DNA of 64,000 nucleotides. It comes from Podarcis muralis. Lineage: Eukaryota. The stretch spans positions 32,612,001 to 32,676,000 of the forward strand of contig NC_135665.1 in the NCBI RefSeq assembly GCF_964188315.1. The letters are read 5' to 3'. Numbering within the stretch: the first letter of the stretch is position 1; each line of letters begins with the position of its first letter. Positions 48,586 to 61,219 of this stretch are shown here, piece by piece. The translations under genes and the position numbers were made by a program. The notes beneath the pieces are model-generated. The model had not been told where the DNA came from and did no database searches. It saw only the letters and a program-made list of their open reading frames with translations.

Positions 48586-49654
48586 TTTGTAAAATAATGG
48601 CCTGTTCCCAATTGCCATAATGCCCTGGTTCCAAGGTATGATCTGAAGGCATCACCTTGGTGATGCTAACTGGGTCTGGTCAGTTCCTGGATGGAAGATC
48701 TCCTGCACACCACATGTATGGTGGGAGAGAAATGTAAGGAAATAAAAATAGTAACAATGAGATTCCCCACAGATCAGCCATTTGGAAGCAAAAGTTCAAG
48801 TGCAGAAGGTATGAATTTCCTGCAGCCCTAAGCCCCATCATGTTTCATGTTAGATATTAAAGCCTTACTTCAAAGGAATGGAACGGAAAAACGTTTACTT
48901 TTTGCCTCTGTTGCTGTCAAAGGCTTCCCAGAACCTTCTCCCCGCTTTTTCACATGAAAGTCCAAGTTGAATAAAATGCATAGAGACAGGTGGGGCGGGT
49001 TTGGTGGGATTGTGTCCCCTGGTCCTAACCCCCCCCCACACACACACACACTCATGTGTAGACAAAACAGTGATCAAAGCCTACCAATGCACAAACTGGG
49101 TGCGCATCGACTTTGTCCGCATGGAAAGGGTCTGGGCTGGAAGTCTGAAAAGTTGAAATCTTCAGTTGATATTCTAAGCGGGGAGGTGGCTGAACCCCCT
49201 CCCCTCTTTAATATTGGGGGGAGCAGGGAGAATTTTGGGTGTGGAGGAGAGACAAGCCTCAGTAGCATTCCTTCTGCTCCTTGAACTGCTGGAGACGTTT
49301 TATCTCAATATGCCTCTTAGAAAAAATGCTACACCACTGCCTTTTTGATATGTTATACCTGTGAAGGAATATCACATGATTAAGAGGGGAGCAGGGCAGT
49401 GCTTCTGCCCCGATTCCTGGCACTGCACATTTCCCCAGACCTTCTCCCACATCCATGCTTTGTATATGGACCTCTGAAAAGGAAAAAAAAGCCCTGGGCA
49501 TCTACTTGCATGCCAGTTTCTCCTTTCACATATCTGTGATCTCAGCCTACAGGTGTCAGGTGGGAGATCAAATAATGTGGCCTGACTATACAATAATATC
49601 TAAGTCAAAGGCAACAACGCTTTTGAATACTAGTTGCAGGAAACTGCAGGAGGG

Positions 49655-49775
49655 GAGCATGTGCTTGCGCTGAACCCCACTTGAGGGTTTCTCACAGGCA
49701 ACTGGGTCAGAACAGGATAATGAACTAGATGGGCCATTGGCCAAATCAAGTAGATTCTTCTTAATATGTTCTCAC
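49655..49775 (+). mobile_element. CR1-type 3' end fragment
   Basis: aacaggataatgaactagatgggccattggcc...ttcttaatatgttct, the reverse complement of the 48410 family. Confidence 0.6.
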
Positions 49776-51566
49776 CATTTCCAGCATTGCTTGGGATTAC
49801 TTCTTTACCATGAAACAACACAGAGGCAAAGTTTTACGTGATACCTGTGTCAGGTGACTCCCAGCCGTTAGGCAGGGTGTGGTGTCCTATTAATCCAAAT
49901 CCACCCAAATTGCTTGACCAAATATGAAAACAATCATATTTGAAAGAAGGGCTTCCAGTGTTTTGGCAACTATATTTTACTATTTTTAATCACTAATGTG
50001 CAACAAGAAGCTTTTTTATCGCGTACAGGGAACTCATTCTTTTTCATTTGGTGACAACAGAAGATGGCGCATGTAAATGAGCTCTTCAGTTTCAAGTAGG
50101 GTTCAGCTCCTGTAACAACCGCATTTTAAAAATTATTTTTGATGGACAGACCCTGTGCATGTGTCTTTTGAAATGTCTTTGTCTAACATCACTATCGGCT
50201 GTGGGGGAAGAATATCACAAGACAGGAACAGCGCTGGAAGGGACAGAAAGCTGACCTAGCGACAGCCAGCGCCTAAGGTCTCTTTCTGACCTATTTCCTT
50301 GTCTGGCACCTGTCCTTATGAAATCTCTCTCGGAAGATCTAAGGAAATTACACTTATCCTCTGGTAACTAGGTAACATAATCTCCCAAAGGCTAGCTAAT
50401 TGCAGCCCATGATAACTTCACATACTCTGCAACTGTTAAATTTTTCATTTCTTTCAAATTATTGTGGATCAGTGGAGAGGGTATTGATTTGATTCATTAA
50501 CCGATTCCCAGTCTGTTCCAAGGTTAATGATTGCATGTATCTCAATTACATCTTTAACAGGTTATACTCTATGATTTGTTTCAGCTGCATTTGTACATGG
50601 CGTATGGTCCACACCTGAAAGCACTTGATGATTTAACAAGGCATTTTCTTTTTCCCCATTATGCTGTGCATGCCTAGAAAGAGAAGAAAACTCTTTGGGA
50701 AACACTGTAGAAAGGAAGCTTTTGTCCAAATCTTGAATGAACATGCAGGGCACACAGTTAGAATAACACCCTTTATAAGGGCAGATGGATACAAGGAGAA
50801 CATTTGCAGATGGTCAGTATTGCAAATGAATTCCGATTAAGCTGAATGGGGTAGCTTTTTTCTTTCTGCTTATAGTTGCAATTCAAGCTTTGATGCCTGA
50901 GGAGCTGCATGCCCATAATTAAGGAATACGTTTGGTGTGCAGATGATGTCTTAAGCCTTTGATCTCAACAGTGTACTGTGGTGGTCTATTCCTTATGTAT
51001 GGGCAGGGTCTAAGCAAAATGAAAAGTTGATATACCCTCCCTTTTGACTAGACTTTCATTCATTTTAAAACCACCTGGAACTTTTATATTCCAAATAAAT
51101 AAATAAATAAATCCCAGTGAGTCCAATGGAATTTACTCCAAGGATTGTATGCAAACCTATCCATGTTGTCTACTCAAAAGTAAATGCCATTGCAACCCAA
51201 ATTTCATATCCTAAAGCAAAGTCCAAGTTAAGAAACACATCTTAATGCCCATTTCGTTGCTCTTGCTTGTAGGTGATACTGCCTAGAGGTAGTTATGCTA
51301 TTAACAGGAAAAGAGTACTTCCAGCTCTCTCTCCTTCCCACCTCCCTTTCCTTTTCTTTAGAAGCCCAAGATACTGTAGTTTAGTTTAGTAACTAGGAAG
51401 CCAAATGAGTATAGTCAAGAGGAAAGACTTCAGTTATACAATCCATTAAGTAAAACAATAGAGCCTGCAGCTGAGCTATTAAAAAGAGTAGAGCAATTTT
51501 TATTTCAATGCCTACATTTTATTTCCTCTTCTGAGTGACTGTTAACAAAGGGCTGCTGAAAGGACT

Positions 51567-51714
51567 NNNNNNNNNNNNNNNNNNNNNNNNNNNNNNNNNN
51601 NNNNNNNNNNNNNNNNNNNNNNNNNNNNNNNNNNNNNNNNNNNNNNNNNNNNNNNNNNNNNNNNNNNNNNNNNNNNNNNNNNNNNNNNNNNNNNNNNNNN
51701 NNNNNNNNNNNNNN
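51567..51714. other. Assembly gap (N run)
   Basis: 148 N. Confidence 1.
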
Positions 51715-52395
51715 GCTCCAGCTGCAGAGTGTAGCTGGCCTGCAAATCAAGGACTAGAATAGGGACAGTCAGGAATAACTCAATAGCTTGGATAATGTGC
51801 AAATCACTACACATCTTGCTATTAGTATAGTTTATTTTCACTCTGAATATTTGGAGCATGAAAAATTTATCTTTAGCAAAACAGCCGATCTGACACTTTC
51901 ACAGAGCAGAACAGGGATGCGTAGAATATTAGAGCCCCTCCCCCCATGACCCCATATCCACACAGCACTTTGTAATCATTTAAGTGGGATTATCATATCA
52001 AAACCCTTAATTAAGTTTCATTGAATTGAAACCAAACACCTCATTTTGTATATTGTTTGAGGTCTCTCTGTATCACCGCTTGAATCCCTTTGCACTAACT
52101 CATCAAATGTAAAAAAAGGACCATTTTCTATTCCATACTTCTTCTCTTCTGTTTACCCCTTCATGCCCTTTGACCAGAAGTTACACAGTGGGGGTGGGAC
52201 ACACACCATATTACCTTCACAGCAACAATATATTTCAAATGCAAGATGTAAAAGGAGATGGGAAGCTTAATTTTTTAAAAATAAAAATACAGGATTCAGT
52301 GGAGCTGAGAAGGAATGTATCAGCAGGAAGGTAACTACTTTCAAGAGAAGTTAATACAGCCCTTTCAAATGGGGACCACATGGAGAAAAGTTAAA

Positions 52396-52566
52396 TTACA
52401 TTTAATTTGTTTGCATGGATTATTTTTTAGAAGGGGTTTTTCCAAATACTGTGTACTTAATATGATATTCACATATTACATTACATATTACATTCAATTT
52501 ATTTGCATGGATTTTTTTTTTTAGAAGGGCTTTTTCCAAATACTGTATACTTAATATGATATTCAC
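52396..52566. repeat. Tandem duplication of ~90 bp
   Basis: ttgcatggatt...ttagaaggg...tttttccaaatactgt.tacttaatatgatattcac is present twice. Confidence 0.9.
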
Positions 52567-53570
52567 GTCACTCAATCACGCATTGATTCACAGGGTGGAA
52601 TACATGTTACTGGGGGGATTTAAGAGATGAGGTGCTGTATTCCTATAGATATCTGTGAGGGATAATCAGAGTTTTGTTAATATAATAGGTTGGGATACAT
52701 TAATGGAGGATTGGCATCTCAATTGCTATATTTTTGATTGCTAGGAATGGACTCCCTTGCTTCAGATGTGGTTTCTCTCTACTTACAAGGCACTGGGGAC
52801 AAATAGCACGGCAACACATGACCCTCCAGATGTGACTTCATCAGCCCTAACCAGTGGGCAGGGTTGATGCAAGTTGCACTACATCAACACTTGGAAGGCA
52901 ACAGTTCCCCACATCTAGAGTAGTAGACAGCTTCACCAATTGTCTCCTGCTTATGAGTTACTGTCAGCCAGGATGGACCTTTGCTCTGAACCAGCACGTC
53001 TCAACTTAGGAAGTGGTTCATTGGTGACAGCCATGTGGAAATTTCACTATACATCTCTTAACCCCTTTCCCCCATCCAGATCCGTAGCATTCATATCTCT
53101 GCTTGGATTCCCACATACCTCCAACACAGGGACCAGACTAGAAAACCATATCTGGCACCTACACAAATGAACTCACAACCAGAAGTAGTAATTTAAGTTG
53201 ACCTATGACACTGATGACCTTGTACACTTCAGCACCAGTATACCGGTAAATGCTGGCAAATCAAGTGAGCAGATATCAAAGGACATGTGGAGAAGCAGTG
53301 GCTAGCTGAAGCTCAACCCAGAAGTGAGTTAGAAAGAGTGAGGAGAAAGGTTAGGCTCGTTGTCTAATAATTTGCTCAACAGCCATTAGGGCACTGTTCC
53401 ATCTTTAGATTGCACTTGTTTTGTGAGGTCTATAAATACTAATCCTCCCTCGGAGAACAATAATAAATACCCAATTCAAAGATATGAATGGGCTTAATTA
53501 AGCAATCAGGCTGCATCCAGGCCTAATCAGCTTCAGAGTATAGTTTTGTGGCACACTGTTTATTCAAGGC

Positions 53571-53612
53571 CTTCCTACAATGGCACAGGAACTTCCTACA
53601 ATGGCACAGGAA
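53571..53612. repeat. Perfect 21-bp tandem duplication
   Basis: cttcctacaatggcacaggaa x2. Confidence 0.97.
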
Positions 53613-53908
53613 CACATGGTGTGCTTCTCATGGACACATGGCAAAAGGGGACATATGCATCACACAGGAAGGAAAGCAAGAGAAAGCAAGGAGCAAGTTT
53701 TTTATTGGTTATTGCACTTTTTGCTTAGTTAGGAGAGTGCTTTGTGCCAAGTTAGCATAATGGTTGCATTTGTAAGTATCTGATGCTATCTAGTAGGTTA
53801 GATATTGATGGTTTTGTAAAAAGCTTCTAGGATCCAATACATCGGCTACACAGGGCTGCAAATACTAATAGTCCACACCATTTTCTTTTATTAGCAGCAA
53901 AAGAGAGG

Positions 53909-54337
53909 TGGGGATGGTGGAGGAACTTGATTCAGCTCACATTTAAAGGCAAACATATCCACGTTGCACTTTCCCAAAAAATATGTAAACCAAAACACAG
54001 CCTCCTGTTGAACTTCACAGTTATCCGAATTTTGCAATGCAGTTTTCCAGCCAGGAAATGTATTAAAAAATGCATATGCTGGGGTAAAGCCATAAAAATG
54101 GACATATAACAAGAAATAACATGCATACATCCAGTATATTAGGAGAAAATAGTTTGCAAACCTGTAGATTGGGTAGAATTGCATACAAAAATGCTGATAA
54201 ATTCACACTAAAATGCTGATAAATTTTCAGGTGGACTCCCCCCGCCTCAACAAAGCAAACTGAGGTGGAAATGTGGATAACTGAATGAAAAAATGAGAAA
54301 CTGAGAAAAATGAAATTGTCAGATTTCTTCATCCCTA
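53909..54337. mobile_element. MITE with TAGGGATG/CATCCCTA-type termini (putative hAT)
   Basis: Left end tggggatgg and right end ttcatcccta, AT-rich body. Related fragments at 5280, 24085, ~42880 and ~59100. Confidence 0.6.
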
Positions 54338-55652
54338 AATGAAACTGAATCTCAAAGTGAATCGTGATGGAGATTTCTAATCAGCAAGTTTCTTCACCTG
54401 TGCAACAATTTGGGGGTGTCTAGACCAGGTGATAGATAATGGTTGATGCTTTAAAAGATAAAGCTTTTTAAAGCCTATTCCCAGATTATTCTTTTGACAT
54501 TCATTTTTGAAAATAAGAATAAGAAATACACATGTTTTCATGGTGGACTTAAAAAACACATGCCTCTACTCTGAATGAAACTTAGTTGAATACCAACCAC
54601 TGAATCCAGTCAAGATGGAGGTGTTGTGTGTTCCAGGTTCTTGGGTCTGGGAAACAAAATTACTACATGTTCTAGATGGAGTTTGTACTCCCTGAAGGAG
54701 CAAATGTATAGCAAATGTATAACAATGCATTTATTTCTGAGGTGCATATTGCACTGGCATTGTGCTGCTTCTGGTGGCAGATTAAGTCACATGTATTTGT
54801 CCATGTTTTTGGAAAAGTGGGGTGAGATTATGTCTCAGTTGATTTAATCTCTTCTGTAGGGGCAGGGAACCTTCTTCCCATAGGCCATGGGAGCAATTTG
54901 CTGGAACAATGGGTACTTCCAACCACTCATGGGTGGTAGGCATGTGTCTTGCTCAAGGCGAGGAGGGAGCAGTTCCTATTCCATGGAACCCACTTCTCCT
55001 TCCCACTGCTGCTCTTTGAAGCTGCCCCATGCAGCCCCTTTCCACCTTTGACGTAGGAAGTGGAAAGGAGCTTTAAAAGCCCTTTGTCATCCTCCCTACA
55101 TATTCCTTCCAACATCAGGGGTAAGAAGGAGAAGCACTTGGGAGGATTGCAAAATGTTGTGTAATTCTCCCCATGTTCTCCTTTGCATCCCTTGCAAAGC
55201 AGAAGCTCAAGGGGTATCACAAAACCCTTTATCCTGCTCCTCCTTTCAACCAACAGTGTCATAGCTTGGAAACATTGCCATGGGGTGGGCTTTGCAAGCA
55301 TTCCTGCGCTCTGACTTTCAACCTTCAATGTTGCAGGCTAAAAGGGAGGAGCGTGGGGAAGGATTGACATTCCCAACCTGTGGGGCTGATACCTGATTTT
55401 GTCCACCACCACCACTAGTGCAGAAAGCGAGAGAAGGAAGCCTGCATTTTGGGAACTACCAAAGACATTATTACTCTCACTATCGGCTAAATAATTATTA
55501 TGCAAATTATGGAAGTCAGGAGGACACACGTATTATTTACAGATTTAAACCAACCGCAACAGCAAAACCTGATCATATTCACTAGATTGATTTCATTTCA
55601 GGGCATGAGATGATGAAGAAGAAATTTCCGCCCCTGTTTCTGTTTTCATCAG

Positions 55653-55712
55653 AATTCCCTGACAACCCTACTTACAACATTCCTGTACCAAGAACTGGGC
55701 AAAGTGTAATTG
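55653..55712 (+). CDS. Candidate 60-bp phase 1-1 exon, (E)FPDNPTYNIPVPRTGQSVI, unidentified gene
   Basis: Acceptor ccctgtttctgttttcatcag|, donor G|gtaaag, and only this frame is open across the exon. No recognised homology. Confidence 0.2.
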
Positions 55713-56479
55713 GTAAAGTGGCTCCCAAAGAGAGAAGATGCATTTCAACTGTACTTTGTGGCCTTTGATTCTGTTTGCGTGTACAAAAAGTCCATGGCTG
55801 ATCATTGTTAAAGTTTGAATGCATTCTTGCAAGCCAGCAAAATGTACAAAGCATGGACAAGCGATGATGTAAACACACATGCTTTGCTATCCAAAATTAT
55901 GTATCCACTCTTGTTTGGTCTGTGTCTAGAAATGGCCTGGCAACCAAACTAGCTACATTTTCCCATGGTTTCCTCTTCTAAAAGGAAAATGTTGCCCCCC
56001 CATCCTGCTAAAATTAAAAGAAAAAGACGCTGTATAGGGGAAATAGTTCTCTCTTTGATTCACAATAGCACATCTTTCGTTTTCTCCACGAAAGGCCAGT
56101 GAGAGGGTATTGATCTAGAAAGTCGCTGACTGTTATGGTTTTCTATGAAGCAAAACTTGGGATTTGGTCAGCTGACACACACACATAAAGAATCTCTATG
56201 AACAGTGAATGAGCAACTGCTGGGATCTGGTTTCGTAAGGTGTAGGACCTGCAGCGCAGAGAGAAATTAATGCTTTTCGATCACCTCAAATTCAAAAGAC
56301 TCATAGTATGAAAGATGGGAATGAGATTATTGCTAGTTTGCAAGCTGGTCTGCTAGTTTAGGAAATGCTTTTGCTGGCAGTAGGTCTTTCTTGTAAAAGA
56401 TAATGCTTTGTGCAAAAGGGGAAAAAAACGCTTTTCATACCTTTTAATTTTATTGCCTTTCCTTCCTGCTTCCTGTAAG

Positions 56480-56706
56480 CTCATAATAATACAGCAGAGA
56501 TGTCAGCTGGCCACAAGAATATGCTGGGGAAGAGAGTCACTCTGGTGGGACATTTTTGCAGAAAAAAAGAAAAGGGAAAACCAGCTCCCAAGTGCCGCAG
56601 AACTCTTGGGGCTGAACATAATCACAGAGCTGATGATGAAGGGATCCAGGACAGAAAAGAATTTGGAACCCTTTATGTTATTCCATCAGTTGTTTTGTCT
56701 GGTTGA
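56480..56706 (+). CDS. Candidate terminal exon in frame with 55653-55712: (A)HNNTAEMSAGHKNMLGKRVTLVGHFCRKKEKGK...VVLSG*
   Basis: Very long pyrimidine tract (ttttattgcctttccttcctgcttcctgtaag|) and compatible phase. No recognised homology. Confidence 0.15.
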
Positions 56707-57256
56707 AAGAACTTATCGGATTGTTCTCCCTTTTGTTTTATTTTGCATATGGTTCTCTTCACTCAGTTTATTGGAAACAAAGCGCAGTAGCACAGACAAA
56801 GCGCCAGAAGGGACAGCACTTGTTCAAACTTTGCAAAAAAGAGAGAGGATCATTTATAAAAATTAGCACTGAAACTTTGGCAGCTGGCCTGCAAGTGGTT
56901 TCATCATTCTTTTCTCCCTACTCGATGGTAAAGCTTGGTTCAGTTGCTGGAGAGCAGGCATGGGACACTAGGCGTTCAGATCTGTTTGCAGCTACACAGT
57001 TGTCAACGTGCCTTAGTTCTGCTCATCTATGAAATGGATATTATAATTGCCTCATTTTTGTATGCAAAAGATTAATGCATTGAGTTTTGCCTAGCTTCAA
57101 CAAGGCATTTGTTTTGACAAGACCACCCTAAATTCAAAACGCGAAATCAAATGCAAGTGGTAGCATAAGTACCTCAGGAAACTGGTGGGTTAGGGGAGAG
57201 AGAAGGCTCCTCTGCTATGTTATTTATCTCTATTGCATTTAACTGCTCACGTGACA

Positions 57257-57420
57257 GGGACGTCTGTGGTGCAATGGTTCCGTTTGTTTGGCTGTTAACC
57301 AGAAGGTTGGTGGCTTGATTTCACCCAGCAGCGGCTGTGGGCAGGATTTCTGCATTGTAGGGAATTGAACTAGATGACCCTCTGGATCCCTTCCAGTTTT
57401 ACAGTTCTATGATCCTATGA
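57257..57420 (+). mobile_element. SINE with a tRNA-Asn(GTT)-like head and a CR1-derived 3' tail
   Basis: The head gtctgtggtgcaatggtt...ttggctgttaaccagaaggttggtggc...caccca aligns to vertebrate tRNA-Asn. The tail actagatgaccctctggatcccttccagttttacagttctatgatcctatga matches the CR1 end at 38880-38924. Confidence 0.8.
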
Positions 57421-57499
57421 ACCATGTATCATAAGTTTCCTTCTCTGGCACTATGCTTTCCATGTGAGTAGTCCACTGGGAGTACCTTCCCAGTTGTTC

Positions 57500-57720
57500 C
57501 TCTTAGTTCTGCTGGACTCTCAGTGATGTTTGATACTATTGGTCATGGTATCTTTCTGGACCATCTGACTGAGATAGGCCTCAGATGCACTGTTCATGGA
57601 GATTCCAGTGCTTCCTTGACAGCTGACACATGGTGTCATGATATTGCCCTCCATACTGTTAAATATCTACATGAAATGTCTGGGAGATATTATCTGGAGA
57701 TTTGGAGTGTGTTGTCCTGA
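57500..57720 (+). mobile_element. Degenerate L2 reverse-transcriptase fragment
   Basis: ggactctcagtgatgtttgatactattggtcatgg resembles LDLSAAFDTIDH, and ctgttaaatatctacatgaaa..ctgggaga resembles LFNIYMKPLGE. Confidence 0.7.
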
Positions 57721-58265
57721 AGTTGCAGGTGACACACAGCACTGTTTCTTCTTTTCATCAGATTCCAGGAAAGTGGTTGGTAGATATTATCTTGGTCGAG
57801 CTGTGGAATAGGGATCCACTCTGTTTTGAACAATATTGCACTCTCCTTGAAAAAAACAAGTTCCCAGTTTGGGGGTGCTCCGGGATCTGTCTCTGCCCAT
57901 GGACATGTTACATCAACAGAACAACCCTAAACATTGAACTAAGCTCGATGGCACTTGTTTCCTTTCAGCTATGTAAAGGTTGAATTCAGCAGAGTCAGTA
58001 GGGACTTGACTTAAATAGAATGTTAAAGGGGTGCAGCCAACCTATGTAATTATTATCACCTTGCTATTTAGAAAATCGTCATTTACCTTCTTTTAAATTT
58101 CATTTCACCCAAAACTCATTTCTTATCTGCCTAACCTGCTAGGAGACTTACCCTTTCCTTTCCCAGACATCCTGCTTTGGGTGGGTGGAGAAGCTGGAGA
58201 AGAAAACTGGAATTTACAGGTATGGGTAGAATAAGACCCTTGATGCTTTGGACTCTCCAATTAGA

Positions 58266-58352
58266 GCTATGCATCTCAATCTTAATATGTCTACTCCGAA
58301 GTAAGTCCTATGTAATTCAGTGGCACTTACTCCCATGTAAATGGCGTTAGGA
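58266..58352. mobile_element. Short palindromic non-autonomous DNA-transposon remnant
   Basis: caatcttaatatgtctactccgaagtaagtcc...cacttactcccatgtaaatggcgttaggattgcag. Related debris at ~51110-51200. Confidence 0.55.
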
Positions 58353-60042
58353 TTGCAGATTTAAAAGCCTGGATTTCTGGAAGCTTGGAACTTTAATAAA
58401 TAAACAGCAATATTAGAAACCTCGCCCACAGCTAGCAATTAGTTGTTTTTAACCCAAATAGGAGTGTCCGATTTTCTTTGAGGAGCATTTCTAGAGAACT
58501 TGTAGAGTGATATATTTATAGTAGGCATTTAGGGTGTCTCTTACAAAACCATCAGATTAGTGAAATACCCCAAATCACAAAGTCTACTATGTACCTGAAG
58601 GAAACATTTATTTGGAAATGTGTACATTTGTATATATTTATACACAAACACTCTTCTTCAAATGGAGTAAACAGTGGGAAGACATGTATAAACGTGTTTC
58701 TTAAACATATTATTCTTTGCGTAGGTGCTTCCTCTTATATGTTGTCTTTCCACATATATCTGCAGCATGGCTTGTTGCTACATGAATTCACAAGATTAAC
58801 GAAGTTTCCATGCAGTGCTAAAATGTTGGGTCTTCCTATAGATATCAATCCCTGCTATAGAGAATGAAAACATGGTAAAGCAGTACTTCACATGTAATCT
58901 GGGTACAATTTTTCAAGCAAATATGTGCAAACCAGACATTCAGGGGAGATCAGTCAAAGAACCAACATGTGTCTGGATATCGTTCAGGCTTTCATGAGAT
59001 ACTTTGCTTTTATTAAGGAATATTAATGCACAGACAAGGATGGACTGATTAGCCTATTTCCTGTCCATGGCAATCTCACATGTGGTTCATTCACTAGTCT
59101 CTTGTCCCATTTCTGCATTGAATTGGGATTTTTTTAAAAAATCTGCAAAAGCAAAAACTGTATTTAAACCGTGTCACAAAATACATGCTTAATATTTTTA
59201 TCTGAATGTACATATTTCTCAATGTATCTTATTCCAAGGCACACATTTTATGTGCATTTTTTGCACATCACTTGCTTTTTTTTAGCCAAGCATGGTATCA
59301 CAAAATTGGGAAAAGTGAGGAATCCAAAAAATAGTTATTTATCAGTCCACATGTTAGTCTGTGAGGGGTAAAACCAGGGCAGTTCGCATCAGAATTTACC
59401 AAAATAGAATTTCTCATGCATTCCTGTGCACAGATTGAGGCTTTGTTCATTATAAATTAGTTTGTCCTATCTTCTGAAATTGCCGGCATGCAATTTTCAG
59501 TAATCCTGAAAGAAAATCTTAGACTAGGAGAAGATGGGGGGAGTTGAGTAGTGTTGCGTAGGTGGTTTTGATTAGAGTTGGCAGCAATTTAAAACAAGAT
59601 GCATCTTCCAGAAGAAAAGACAATTTCATTCAGGGAAAATAATGATAAGACCTTTAAAAAGGGATCAACAAATTAATTGAAAAGGAGTGTTTTTAAGAGG
59701 AGAAGGGGCAGATTTTTTTTTAAAAAAGACCCGAGTAACAGGCACTTATTCCCACTGAGTTTAATGTGGATTTAAGAGTATAACTGTCTTTTGTGATTGA
59801 GAAAATTGCCCCCTGCATTCCAAGCCATTTCAGACTTCACTTGATCTTCCATTTCCTCCATTTCAATGCTACAAGGTTGACTCGTTATGCTTTTACATTC
59901 TTGCTCTGTTATTATTGCATTGCTATGCATGATCGCACTTTTATGATTTTTGTTGTTGTTACTGTAAGCCACTAAGAGAACTTGTTCATCAGGCAGATGT
60001 CAATACTATTGGATATCAAATTTATTAATTAATATGAAAAAC

Positions 60043-60045
60043 TTT

Positions 60046-60093
<48 letters not shown>

Positions 60094-60094
60094 T
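60043..60094. repeat. (TTTC)n microsatellite
   Basis: Direct observation. Confidence 0.98.
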
Positions 60095-60130
60095 GCCTGT
60101 CCCTACAAAAAAATCTACACATTCTTCTGA

Positions 60131-60290
60131 TTATGATGTGGAGATAGAATTAGAAACTTTTCCAAAATATTTATTTAATTTCTTATTTGATTCTTTTGTT
60201 TGTTTCTTATGATTTAGGGGGTGGAATTAGAAACTTTTCCAAAATATCTATCCATTTAATTACTTATTTGATTATTTTTCTGTTTCCTTT
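60131..60290. repeat. Diverged tandem duplication, period ~77 bp
   Basis: gaattagaaacttttccaaaatat at 60147 and 60224. Confidence 0.85.
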
Positions 60291-60327
60291 ATAGAGCACA
60301 TAGTTAAGGTTCACAATAATTCCCACC

Positions 60328-60711
60328 GACACGGGTGGCACTGTGGTCTAAATCACTGAGCCTCTTAGGCTTGCTGATCGGAAGGTTGGCAGTTCGAATC
60401 CACGCAATGGGATGAGCTCCCGTTGCTCTGCCTCAGTTTCTGCCAACCTAGCAGTTTGAAAGCACACCAGTGCAAGTAGATAAATAGGTACTGCTGTGGC
60501 AGGAAGGTAAACGGAGTTTCCATGAGCTCTGGCTTCTGTCATGGTGTTCCGTTGTGCCATAAGTGGTTTAGTCATGCTTGCCACATGACCCAGAAAGCTG
60601 TCTGTGGACAAACGCCAGCTCTCTCTGCCTGAAAGTGAGATGAGCGCCACCCCCCATAGTCACATTTGACTGGACCTAACCATCCAGGGGTCATTTACCT
60701 TTTACCTTTAC
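60328..60711 (+). mobile_element. Sauria SINE (Squam1), full length
   Basis: gacacgggtggcactgtggtctaaatcactgag...ttcgaatcc head and caggggtcatttaccttttaccttta tail. Confidence 0.95.
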
Positions 60712-60996
60712 AATAATATTAGAAATATATACTATACATTAAACCCCAGGACCACTAAATAGATCAAGCCTGACTCCTCATGTGAACACAGCCTACAACC
60801 AATAGGGATGTCAGAAGGCATCCATTTCTTTTCTGATCCATATTCACTACATGCAGAACTACTATATATCTCTTCCACTGCAGCTTCCAACAAAAACTGC
60901 ATTATCTATACTGTTGTCTACTGCAGCATAATTTTATGTAATTCACTATGTTATCATTTCATTATTCCACACCAATTATTTCAATGAAATGGCCAC

Positions 60997-61030
60997 TGTA
61001 TGTATGTATGTATGTATGTATGTATGTATG
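60997..61030. repeat. (TGTA)n microsatellite
   Basis: Direct observation. Confidence 0.97.
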
Positions 61031-61219
61031 TTTTACAAGTTCATTCACAGAAACATATTCTTGCAAATATTAAAATTTAACACAAGATTCTTTCAAATCC
61101 TAGGATTTCCCTCCTCTCCTCCCTGGGTTCTTTGAAAAACTTTTCCAGCTGCATATTATAAGTCCATCCAGTTTACAGTCCTCCATTATATCCAAAGTCA
61201 AAATAGCCACTGATTTTAA

